NCBI RefSeq assembly: GCF_006345805.1
Contig: NW_021825608.1
Location: forward strand, 1 to 15,905
From: Octopus sinensis
Lineage: Eukaryota
DNA: 15,905 nucleotides
Direction of reading: 5' to 3'
Shown here piece after piece: positions 1-8,840 of the stretch (within the stretch, counting starts at the first letter, position 1; each line of letters begins with the position of its first letter). The position numbers and the translations under genes were made by a program. The notes below the pieces were generated by a model. The model had not been told where the DNA came from and did not search any database. It saw only the letters and a list, made by a program, of their open reading frames with translations.

Positions 1-1299
1 ATATATATATATATATAATATTAACTGGTTACAGCAGTGCTCACAAAGCCACTCACCTGACGACATGCGAATAAATAATATCTATATAATATTTATATGA
101 AAAACTCAGCAAGTAACAGCTATTACTGATGCACAGAAACAATTGTAGAGTTTTGTGATTAAAGTCTGGTCATTCCATGTTTTATGTTTTATAAATTTAT
201 GTACAACATTTTGATGTGTTACCATGGCAATTTGACTGGGTTATATATATTATCAGCGAAAAAACATTACAGGAAGTTTAATACACCTCCTGAAAATATT
301 GTTCAGGGTGAGTTCTTTTTCTTGTGTGACTAGAAACATCTCCGAGGGTTTTACAAAGACATCAAAAGTGGCGGATTTAAAACTATGATATAACTACGAA
401 AGACAAGGGGGGTCGTTTTAGAAAGTTTATGGAAACGGATTTGAAAAATGAAGTGTTAAAAATGGAGGGTATCAATGTGTGTATTGGAAAGATGGTGCAG
501 TGAATTGAGTAACGGTGATAGTAAATGAGGGGGGAATTTGGAAGGAAGAGAGAGAGGAGCTGAGAGAGAGAGAGTGAATTCTCTTGTTAAATACAAAAGT
601 ATTGATTCGTTGTTAAATATAAATCTATATTTAACTTGTATCTATCTACCCCCTCACCCCACCCCACTCCGTATCTTAGTTTCCACTCATCCGTTTATCT
701 TTCTATATCTTTTCTATGTCTGTATCAATTTCCCAATCTGTGTATCTGTCACCGTTTGTGTATGTGTGTATGTGTGTGTGTGTGCGCGTGTGTGTGTGTC
801 TTCATGCAACTATCATTTTATGTATATATATCTGTGTGCCTTTGTACCTGCGTATGTCGAATTCTCTGTCTGTTTGTCTTACTGTTTTAATTGTGAGTTA
901 TTTATGGAATATCTCAATTCATTAACTCTCATGTTTTGGTGCTTCTTGTTTCCAAGACACAGAAATTCGCTGCCGCTTAACGTCATGTCAAAACGAACGC
1001 CACACACAATCACAAATACATAGGATCGCATAATTTCAGACGTACGAAAGAACGTAGACGCATGTACACACACAGATACACAACTGTATGTGGGCATGCA
1101 TTATGTTTTACATACATTCATATGTCAATATGTATGTTGTTGTTGTTGTTGTTGTGCGTGTGTTTATTGCGTGTTCGTTTCTTTTTGCATTTATAATTTT
1201 ATTTTTGATCTTCTATAAAAAATGAAGATATATCCTTTACTTTGCTGTTTTTCTTTACACGAAATGAGAAGTTACATTGCAGAACTGTTATGTTAACGA

Positions 1300-1465
1300 G
1301 TTATATCCATCCATCACCTGAAGAGACACATCTGCACCGCTGGACGCTCCTGAACCAGTTGTTAAGTATCCCACCATTGAGAGATCAATGCTAGATGTGT
1401 CGAAACGACAGTCGTGATTAATAATAAATTCTCGTATATTCCGTCATACGTCTTTCATTTGCCAC
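1300..1465 (+). mobile_element. Probable Penelope-like terminal-repeat or retrozyme-like remnant carrying the hammerhead (boundaries approximate)
   Basis: A hammerhead with minimal stem III followed by AATAAA is the known layout of Penelope-like element termini. No RT or GIY-YIG ORF was recognised nearby. Confidence 0.4.
1313..1418 (+). ncRNA. Type I hammerhead ribozyme with extended stem II
   Basis: Stem I ATCAC (1313-1317)/GTGAT (1414-1418); core CTGAAGA (1318-1324); stem II GACACATCT (1325-1333)/AGATGTGTC (1393-1401), 9 bp perfect with the canonical G-C closing pair; GAAAC (1402-1406); minimal stem III AC-gaca-GT; GTC cleavage triplet (1411-1413). AATAAA follows at 1423-1428. Confidence 0.85.
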
Positions 1466-1554
1466 ACACACACCCCACACACCACACACACATAATATAT
1501 ATATAATAATAATATATATAGATATATATATATTATTATATTATATATACGGTG

Positions 1555-1870
1555 TGCGTTTCTCGTGCACCAAAACCTCAACTTTCAGGACGTCGGATCA
1601 CCCCAGTATGTCTGTGTCTGAGATCCGCAAGAATCAGCCATCATTTAGAATATGTCTCAGAGTTTCTCTGATGGAAGCGTCCGGGGACCCTTTACATGAT
1701 GCTTGTAAAGATCCCATGTCTCACATGAGTAAAGGAGCAACATCAATACACATGCACGCTATGCAGCAACATTTCCTCGCTTTGCGATGCCATGTTGGGA
1801 CCAGATCCGAAGCCCAAGTGCCCCGAATAAATTAGCTGCCTTCTGAAGCCTTAAAGATATTTTATCTTCC
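1555..1870 (-). mobile_element. Degenerate RTE-clade LINE fragment (region C-terminal to the RT core)
   Basis: Minus strand reads RLQKAANLFGALGLRIWSQHGIAKRGNVAA*RACVLMLLLYSCETWDLYKHHVK, then after frameshifts RFHQR / LRHILNDG*FLRISDTDIL. This matches the RTE pattern KAxxxFGxL..W / LLYxxETW / RFHQRxLRxIL. Stops and frameshifts are present. Confidence 0.85.
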
Positions 1871-2288
1871 GTTTAATATCATACACTTCCACTATCTTAC
1901 AGTGTTATATTGTACCATACTACACTGTACCATACTATACACACACCACTCACTACAATATACAGAACCATTTTTGATCCACTGTGAGGGAATTTGTGGT
2001 GCCCATGGTTTAAGGTAGGAGGTCCTCCAAGACCTTTCAGATCAAAAGCCATACATCTTAGCGTACCACTCATCACTCTTTCACTTACAGGTGAACATCT
2101 TTCACAACAAGTCACAATAACAGACTGGAAAAGATTCATCAGTCACCATACTGTGCTACACCGCCACAACACCGCCATAGCACCAACACCTCCGCAACCC
2201 CTCCGCCAAATCTGTGCAAAAATCTTTAACAATATGAAAGTGAAGTAAATTAAGTATTAACGACAAATTAATTAATTAATAACGATAT

Positions 2289-2289
2289 A

Positions 2290-2337
<48 letters not shown>
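2289..2337. repeat. (AAT)n microsatellite
   Basis: Direct reading of the sequence. Confidence 0.95.
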
Positions 2338-2338
<1 letters not shown>

Positions 2339-2419
2339 TTAACAAAAGATGTAAATGGTTTGTAAATTAATAAAGAGTTCAAAGGAACGTAGTCTGACGT
2401 GAAATTTGTAACCAGGGCA

Positions 2420-2860
2420 AATGCAACAACGGCAACAACAACAACAACCATTGCAGCAGCAGCAGCAACAGCAACGGCGGCTGCGCTGACAAGAAAAACT
2501 GCATCGATGATGAGCTGAAGTACATCAAAAGCTACGAATAATAACGGCAGCCAACAACAATAACAACAACAATTATAGCAAGAACATAAACGGTTACAGC
2601 AAGATTAACTAAATGAATAGAAGGAACAACAACAACAACAACAACTACTACTACTGCTGCTGCTGCTGCTGCTACTACTACTATGGCTACGACCACTGCT
2701 ACTACAGCTACTACTACCGCTACTACTGCGACTGCAATTGCTGCTGCTGTTTTTGCTGTTGTTGCTGCTGCAACAACAACAACAGCAACAACAAAAACTG
2801 GTGCAACAATATCTCGAGCAATAAAATCGACAATATCTGCAACAATTATGACAACAGCAT
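2420..2860. repeat. Compound triplet low-complexity tract (AAC/CAG/TAC/TGC)
   Basis: Successive AAC, CAG, TAC, TGC and GTT runs; source of the spurious poly-T/C/Y/N ORFs. Confidence 0.9.
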
Positions 2861-2885
2861 GCATCGCATGCATAAATACAGATGA

Positions 2886-2905
2886 GAGATAGATGGGATA
2901 GATGG

Positions 2906-2947
<42 letters not shown>

Positions 2948-3001
2948 GCAGGCAGATAAACAGATAGATATAAAGATAGATAGATAGATAGATAGACAGA
3001 C

Positions 3002-3060
<59 letters not shown>

Positions 3061-3084
3061 CAGACAGAAAGATAGGTAGGTAGG

Positions 3085-3120
<36 letters not shown>

Positions 3121-3133
3121 AAGATAGATAAGA
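2886..3133. repeat. (TAGA)n/(GA)n microsatellite
   Basis: Direct reading of the sequence. Confidence 0.95.
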
Positions 3134-3317
3134 TTGACACACAAAGGTACACACGCACACATGCACTTTAGGGTACATCTCGTATGCGTGATCCACCTCA
3201 CCAATCACGTCGCACGAAAATGAAGGATATATAATAAAATGATTTGTTATTTGCCTTCATTTTATATACCCGGGGCATGTATTGCGTGACTTGCATTCAT
3301 ACAGGAAACGCCTGACA

Positions 3318-3445
3318 TATATATGTGCGAGTGTGTGCGTGTGTGTGTGTGAACGAGTGTGTGTGTGTGTGTGCGTGCATGTGTGTGTGTCCGTATGTGT
3401 TTCTGTGTGTGTGTATATATATATATACACACATGCATACACACA
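3318..3445. repeat. (TG)n/(TA)n microsatellite
   Basis: Direct reading of the sequence. Confidence 0.9.
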
Positions 3446-4079
3446 TGAAGTTTTAGAATATTCATATATATGCTGACAGCTATAAACAAAGGCCTTATCA
3501 TTTCCCCACCTCATCACTTAGTGTTATCTCTGTATACAGCACAATTACCACCAACGCTTCAATACAAATCCGACTCCCACTCTCTTCCCCTCACGTTCTT
3601 TCTCTCTCTCCCCCATACAGAAAAACACCTATACACCCACTTTTTCTCTGCTCTCTGTATCATCATGTACCTTTGACCATTATCGAATCTAACCAAGAAT
3701 CAGTCTACCAGCCTCGCCACACATCCTCATCTGCCAATCCAGAAAGTCAATCAGCCACCTACTTTAATGCATGTCTCTAAAGTGAGCGCTGCCTTATCTG
3801 CAGGAAATCTACAATTATTTTGTTGTGTTTTATAAGTTTAGATTTGGATTTTGTTTACTGCTTCTAGATTTAATATTATTTTACCGTTAATTATTTGTTG
3901 TCAAGTAATAGATTCTGTTATGTGAGAAGTGTGACCTACGAAGGAGGATTGTTATGATTCATATACGCTGCGCCAGTTGAACACTGTATCGATTGTATAG
4001 TATCAATGGATCGTAATTGTATGGAACGTGAGTTGTTCCTACAATAGAGACGGGTGTCGCGTATGTGTGAGAAGATACA

Positions 4080-4468
4080 GGCGCAGGCGTGGCTGTGTGG
4101 TAAGAAGTTTGCTTCCCAACTACATTAGTTCGGGTTCAGTCCCACGGTGTGACACCTTGGGCAAGTGTCTACTACCTTGGGAGTAGATTCGGTACACGGA
4201 AACTAAAAGAAGCCCGTCGTATATATGTGTGTGCGTATGTTAGTGTGTATGTATGTGTGTGTGCGTATGTGTGTGTATGGGTGTGTGTGTGTGTGGGTGT
4301 GTTACTGTCTGTGTTTCTCCATACCGCTTGACGGCAGAGGTTGGTGGGTTTACTTAGAGGATCAACAGAAGGGTGTCGATACAATAAGAACCAAGCTTAA
4401 ACGGAGAATCTGAATCGCGGTCGATTCCTTCCAATAAAAATTCGCAGAAACTATTAAAAGACAAAAGA
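4080..4468 (+). mobile_element. tRNA-derived SINE (octopus OR-like), internally deleted, with internal (TG)n
   Basis: Head GGCGCAGGCGTGGCTGTGTGG with A box (4090-4100) and B box GGTTCAGTCCC (4133-4143); core GGAAACTAAAAGAAGCCCGTCGTATA; homologous to the copies at 4711-5198 and 8841-8996. The 3' end is approximate. Confidence 0.85.
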
Positions 4469-4555
4469 CTTGTGTCTCTGGTGTTTTTCCTTTTAGCAAG
4501 TAATGTTTGTATCGAATGGGAGTAGGCATTATAGTTTCATGGTGTTTGCGTAGAT

Positions 4556-4987
4556 CAGGGGTTCTGAACCGGGTCCACATGACCCTTAGGGGTTCAGAGG
4601 ATTCTTCTGGGTCCACAAGGTGCGTGTGGGGTTCACAAGATTTTGCTGTTAAAATTTATGAACTATAAATTAGTAAAAATCATTTCTGCATAAACACATA
4701 AAGCATTCCGTTATTCTTTTACTTGACTGCGGCCATGCTGGAGCATCGCCGCGAAGGGTCTTAATTAAACAAATCGACCCCAGGACTAATTGGTGTAAAG
4801 CTTAGTACTTGTTGTATCGGTTTCTTTTCCCGAATCGCTAAGTTACGAGGACGTGAACATACCAACACAGGTTGTCAAGCGTTGATGGGGAGGGGACAAA
4901 GACACAAAGATACACACATAAATAAACACACACACATACACGCGCACACGCACACACGCACGCGCACGCGCGCGCGCTCATACACAC

Positions 4988-5034
<47 letters not shown>

Positions 5035-5351
5035 TACGAAGGACTTATTTCAGTTTCCGTCTACCAAATCCACTGACAAGTATTTGGTCGGTCTGAGCCT
5101 ATAGCAGAAAACTCTTGCCCAAGTTGTCATGCAGTGGGACTGAACCAGGAACCATGTAGCCGAGAATCAAACTGCTTACCACAGCCACGCCTGCGCCTAT
5201 TTCAACATTTTTTTAAAAAACAATTCTTAAAACTGTTTAATTATAAAACCATGATTGCAATTTTTAAACACGGAATGCTTATAATGGTCGAATAGAGTGA
5301 AATGGGAATCAGATGTGGTCCACAGGGACAGAAAATGTTTGGGAACCCCTG
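4556..5351. mobile_element. Non-autonomous hAT-type (Charlie-like) MITE interrupted by a SINE
   Basis: TIRs CAGGGGTTCTGAACC (4556-4570) and GTTTGGGAACCCCTG (5337-5351) match at 12/15. Flanking 8-mers GCGTAGAT and GAGTAGTT match at 6/8 (degenerate 8-bp TSD). GGTCCAC motifs recur near both ends. Confidence 0.75.
4711..5198 (-). mobile_element. Near full-length tRNA-derived SINE (OR-like) with internal (CA)/(TA) microsatellite
   Basis: Reverse complement of the head (CCACAGCCACGCCTGCGCC) ends at about 5197; B box at GGGACTGAACC; A-rich tail seen as TTATTCTTTT at 4711-4720. Confidence 0.9.
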
Positions 5352-5411
5352 GAGTAGTTTTTGTGTTGTGTTGGTTGCGGTGTTTTTAATTGGACATTAA
5401 ACGATTGTCCG

Positions 5412-5630
5412 TTATTTTGTTTCAGTCATTAGACTGCGACCTTGCTGGGGCACAACCTTCATGAAGTTTTAGTCGAATGAATTGAACACACTACTCATGG
5501 AATTTTGAGCCTGGTATTTATTTCTTGGACGCTTTACGGGGACGTAATCGCACCAACAACTGTCAAGCACTGATGGGGATAGACACAGACACAAAGTCAA
5601 ACACCCACCCATGCAGAAATACATACACAC
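5412..5630 (-). mobile_element. 3' half of the same SINE family
   Basis: TTTCAGTCATTAGACTGCGACCTTGCTGGGGCAC...GGGGACGTAA...CCAACAACTGTCAAGC...GACACAGACACAAAG parallels 4711-4915. The tRNA head is not seen beyond the microsatellite. Confidence 0.8.
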
Positions 5631-6248
5631 ACACACACACGCACGCGCGCGCGCGCACACACACACACAAACACACACAAACACACACACATACACGCAT
5701 ATATATATATATATATATATGCATGTATATATACATGTAGATGTCGGTACGTACATATATGTTTGTATGTATGCATATATTTTATTTATTACACTATATA
5801 TATATATATATATATATGATAATAAAATTCAGGGTCCAATATGGACCTGTTTACTTAAAGAAGAGTTAAAACCCTCCAAAACCACGCGTCTCTCAATTTA
5901 TGTAAACACGCACGGAGAATATAACAAATATATTTCTCCGAAACAGTCCTCCCCCTTGTAAAAATAAGAATTTTCAGTGTTGACTTTTTTCTATTATCCA
6001 TTCATTTCGCTTTGTGTGTCGATCCAATACATGAAGCTCGTCAGCTAGACTTACTGTGTAAACATATAGAGTAAGAGATGCGTGGTTTTGGCGTGTTTTC
6101 CTTTACTCTAAGCAAACAGATGTACATTGTACCCTGACTTTTGATATATATCATATATTTTGAATATTTCGCTTATGTTTGCTGGCCACTTTATCATTAT
6201 TTTTATAGATCAATATAACCTATTGGAATTTTATATAAATATCAATAC

Positions 6249-6293
<45 letters not shown>
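6249..6293. repeat. (ATCT)n microsatellite abutting the LINE 5' end
   Basis: About 11 perfect ATCT units ending directly at the start of the GC-rich LINE sequence. Confidence 0.95.
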
Positions 6294-7719
6294 AGGGGCA
6301 TCCCGCGAGAATTGGGATGCGGGACGAGCGTGTCTGCATACGCGGACGACGTCACCGTCATAGTGTCTAGCCACGAGCACATCGAGCTGGTCGGCGAGAC
6401 ACTGAAAAACTACGAAGCGGTGACAAGAGCGAAAATCAACCGGGAAAAGTCAGTGGGCTTGCGACTAGGCACCTGGAGAAGCAAGCCCATGCCGTCCACC
6501 AGCGCCTCCGTCGTGGACGCTGGACCGACGGCCGGTTGAGTTGCTCGGGTCTGGTTTGGTCCGGACCTCCAAGTGGAGAAAACTGGAACGAGATAACGAG
6601 TAGGGTGGTCACTCTCGCCCGGCAATGGGCCGAGAGGAAACTGTCCCTAAAAGGTCGAGCGGAGGTGGCGAACACGTACATCGCGTCCGTCATCTACTAC
6701 CGCCTGACCGTCGTACCTTGTCCCGACCCTACCATCACCAAACTACAACGCATCCTCTTTCGCTTCTTGTGGAAAGGATGCGTCCCGATGGTCAGGCGAT
6801 CCATTTGCTGTCAACACCCGTTAAAAGGAGGGCTGGGCATGCCGTGGTTGATGATGCGCAGACACGCGCTGAGACTGCGACATCTCTGGCTCTATGTAGA
6901 CGACGGTGAACAGGTGTGGTCGCCGTTTGTGAGGCACGCTTTCCCGCAGCTCGTCTCCATGACCGAACTGCAGTCGTGGATCAAAAAGAGGCCGAGGAAG
7001 GGCGAATGGCACCGCGAGTGTCGCGTTGCTCTCAAGCAACTCTGCCGTCCTGGGTCGACCTTAAGTGACTTCAACACAACCAAAGCATTCTATAGGGGTT
7101 TAGTGGAGGGGAGGTACGACGACGAGCTCGGGGCGAACCTGGACGTCGACGAGGAGTACCTGACCCGCCTGTTCGGGACGACTTTCGGGCCAGGGCCCAT
7201 GGACAACTTCCAGAGATCCCTGGCCTGGCAGTGCTACCGAGAAGCGCTACCCGTTCGGGATAAGCTCTACAGACACGGCTCGAGAAACACGGGGCCGACC
7301 TGCCCGAGATGCGGTCAGAGCGACGAAACCGTTCTGCACGCACTCGTTCAGTGTCCAACAATTTCCGACCTGTGGGCTTATGTCGAACAACTGCTGTCAC
7401 GTGTGGGACGAGTCGGTTTATCAGCTGAGTCTATCGTCAATATTGTCACGCCTCCTTCCTTCAAACGGGAAGGAAGAGCTATTTTCATCATCCTTGTGGC
7501 TATGGCGAAAGAATGTATCTGGTGGACGCGTCTGAAAGGATTGGAGACAAACACTTTCCTCTCTGGTCAATCTCTCATCAACTTCTTCAAGTACCACTTG
7601 AAAAGGAAAGTGAGAGTAGAGAGGCAAGTTTTGTCTAGCGAATGTTTTAAAAACGATGGGTGAATGTAGCAAGAATGGCACGTATGAATGACGAAGCCAC
7701 CTTGAGCATAGTCCTATGA
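6294..7719 (+). pseudogene. Frameshifted LINE ORF2 fragment: RT C-terminal half and zf-RVT/CCHC zinc knuckle
   Basis: SAYADDVTV (YADD at 6339-6350), AKINREKS, G(V)WFGPD, LSLKGRAEVAN, HPLKGGLGMP, CPRCGQSDETVLHALVQC. The frame is restored by four 1-nt additions in 6505-6590 and one near 7650, giving ...FKKRWVNVARMARMNDEATLSIVL-stop (7717-7719). Confidence 0.9.
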
Positions 7720-7924
7720 ACCCAGAAATCGAAAACAGAGAGTTGCTTATTTGCAAAAAAAAAAAAAAAAAAAAAGAATATAAAATGTGACTTCATTGAC
7801 CGAGGTTACCGTGGTCTTTTCCGCAGGCTTTTCTTTCCATGGGTAAACCTCACCTGTCCTCCCCTTTACACTTCATATTGACATTTCTGTGATAACGATC
7901 CCTATTGATCATTTTTTTTCCTCT

Positions 7925-7955
<31 letters not shown>

Positions 7956-8121
7956 TTAAACCCCCCTTATTTTTGTCCTCTTTCTCTCCTTTTACGATCC
8001 CTTTTGATCGAACCTCCCCCTTCCTTTTTTTTTTTTTTTTTTTTTTAATACCTTCAAAAGAAAAGCTCTACCTTGTAATTTGTTCTATCTGTGTGCAGCC
8101 CTGTGTGGCTAATAAAGAAAC
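6294..8121 (+). mobile_element. 5'-truncated Tx1/L1-clade non-LTR retrotransposon (ORF2 3' part plus long 3' UTR)
   Basis: Sharp switch to GC- and CpG-rich sequence at 6294; RT and zinc-finger motifs; the 3' UTR ends at AATAAAGAAAC (8111-8121) before (TATC)n. Placing 7776-8121 in the same element (past the A21 run at 7755-7775) is an inference. Confidence 0.85.
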
Positions 8122-8122
8122 A

Positions 8123-8132
8123 TATCTATCTG

Positions 8133-8169
<37 letters not shown>
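8123..8169. repeat. (TATC)n microsatellite between the two LINE 3' ends
   Basis: Direct reading; one TGTC variant unit. Confidence 0.95.
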
Positions 8170-8425
8170 TGATCGTTTTTTTCCTCTCCCCCTTTTTCCT
8201 CTTTTTTCTTCTTTTGTCATTATTCTTTTCTTTTTTTCCCTTTTTTCTTTTTTTTCTTTTTTTCTTTTCCTTTTTTCTTTTTTTCTTTTTTTTGTTCTTT
8301 TTTCCCTTTTACGATCCCTTTTGATCGAAAACCTATGCCACCTTTTTTTTTTCTCCCCCAAAAGAAAAGCTCTACCTTGTAACTTGTCCCATCTGTGTGC
8401 AGCCCTGTGTGGCCAATAAAGAAAC
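8170..8425 (+). mobile_element. Second, heavily 5'-truncated copy of the LINE 3' terminus
   Basis: Repeats ACGATCCCTTTTGATCG and AAAAGAAAAGCTCTACCTTGTAA...ATCTGTGTGCAGCCCTGTGTGGC(T/C)AATAAAGAAAC from 7994-8121, and is again followed by TATCTATC (8427-8434). Confidence 0.8.
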
Positions 8426-8432
8426 TTATCTA

Positions 8433-8467
<35 letters not shown>

Positions 8468-8486
8468 TATATATATATATATATAT

Positions 8487-8629
8487 AAAGGGCGAGCGAC
8501 ATACCGAATGTATATGTTACATGTATATGTTATATGTGGAGTTACATTTGTAAAGAATAGAAGAAGCGGTCTTTGACAGCTATTTCTAACTTTCGGTATG
8601 TGGGTAAGCAACCGTTGCTTGCCCTTTTT
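8487..8629 (+). mobile_element. Small element with subterminal inverted repeats, 3' hairpin and T-tract (Helentron/HINE-like, tentative)
   Basis: ACATACCGAA (8499-8508)/TTCGGTATGT (8592-8601) perfect inverted pair; hairpin GGGTAAGCAA-CCG-TTGCTTGCCC (8602-8624); TTTTT (8625-8629). Confidence 0.45.
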
Positions 8630-8840
8630 ATTTTTATATATATATAGAACTTTTTAAAATGGTTCCTACCGATAATGGTTATATTTCCATACCGAAATCT
8701 ACCGGAAATAATTGTTGATTTTGAAATTCATAATATTATTTACCTTATATTATTAATATGGTACATACATATATATATATATATACTATATTATATATCT
8801 ATATATATATATATATATCTATATATATACATATATATAT

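Noticed and set aside
54-75. CTGACGA, a possible hammerhead core
   Set aside because: No stem II or GAAA follows.
538-1097. ORFs of 68-161 aa near the window start
   Set aside because: They are translations of (GA)n and (TG)n tracts (CVCV, ERER) with no domain signal.
2090-2248. Possible exon after CTTACAG (GEHLSQQVTITDWKRF...)
   Set aside because: Weak donor, no recognisable protein, no independent support.
2532-3208. Long ORFs rich in YLSI, poly-Ser, poly-Cys or poly-Thr
   Set aside because: They are stop-free only because they read through (TAGA)n and triplet repeats.
3690-3786. Possible exon ending at AAA|GTGAGC
   Set aside because: No convincing acceptor and an unrecognised peptide.
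4080-4150. tRNA gene
   Set aside because: A and B boxes are present but no cloverleaf forms; it is a SINE head.
6410-7756. Antisense and alternative-frame ORFs over the LINE
   Set aside because: Expected shadows of a GC-rich coding region.
7755-7775. A21 run as the LINE poly(A) end
   Set aside because: There is no AATAAA before it and no TSD, and structured sequence continues to AATAAAGAAAC-(TATC)n. Treated as internal, but a separate downstream element is not fully excluded.
8602-8629. Hairpin plus T-run as a bacterial intrinsic terminator
   Set aside because: The context is clearly eukaryotic; better explained as a transposon end.
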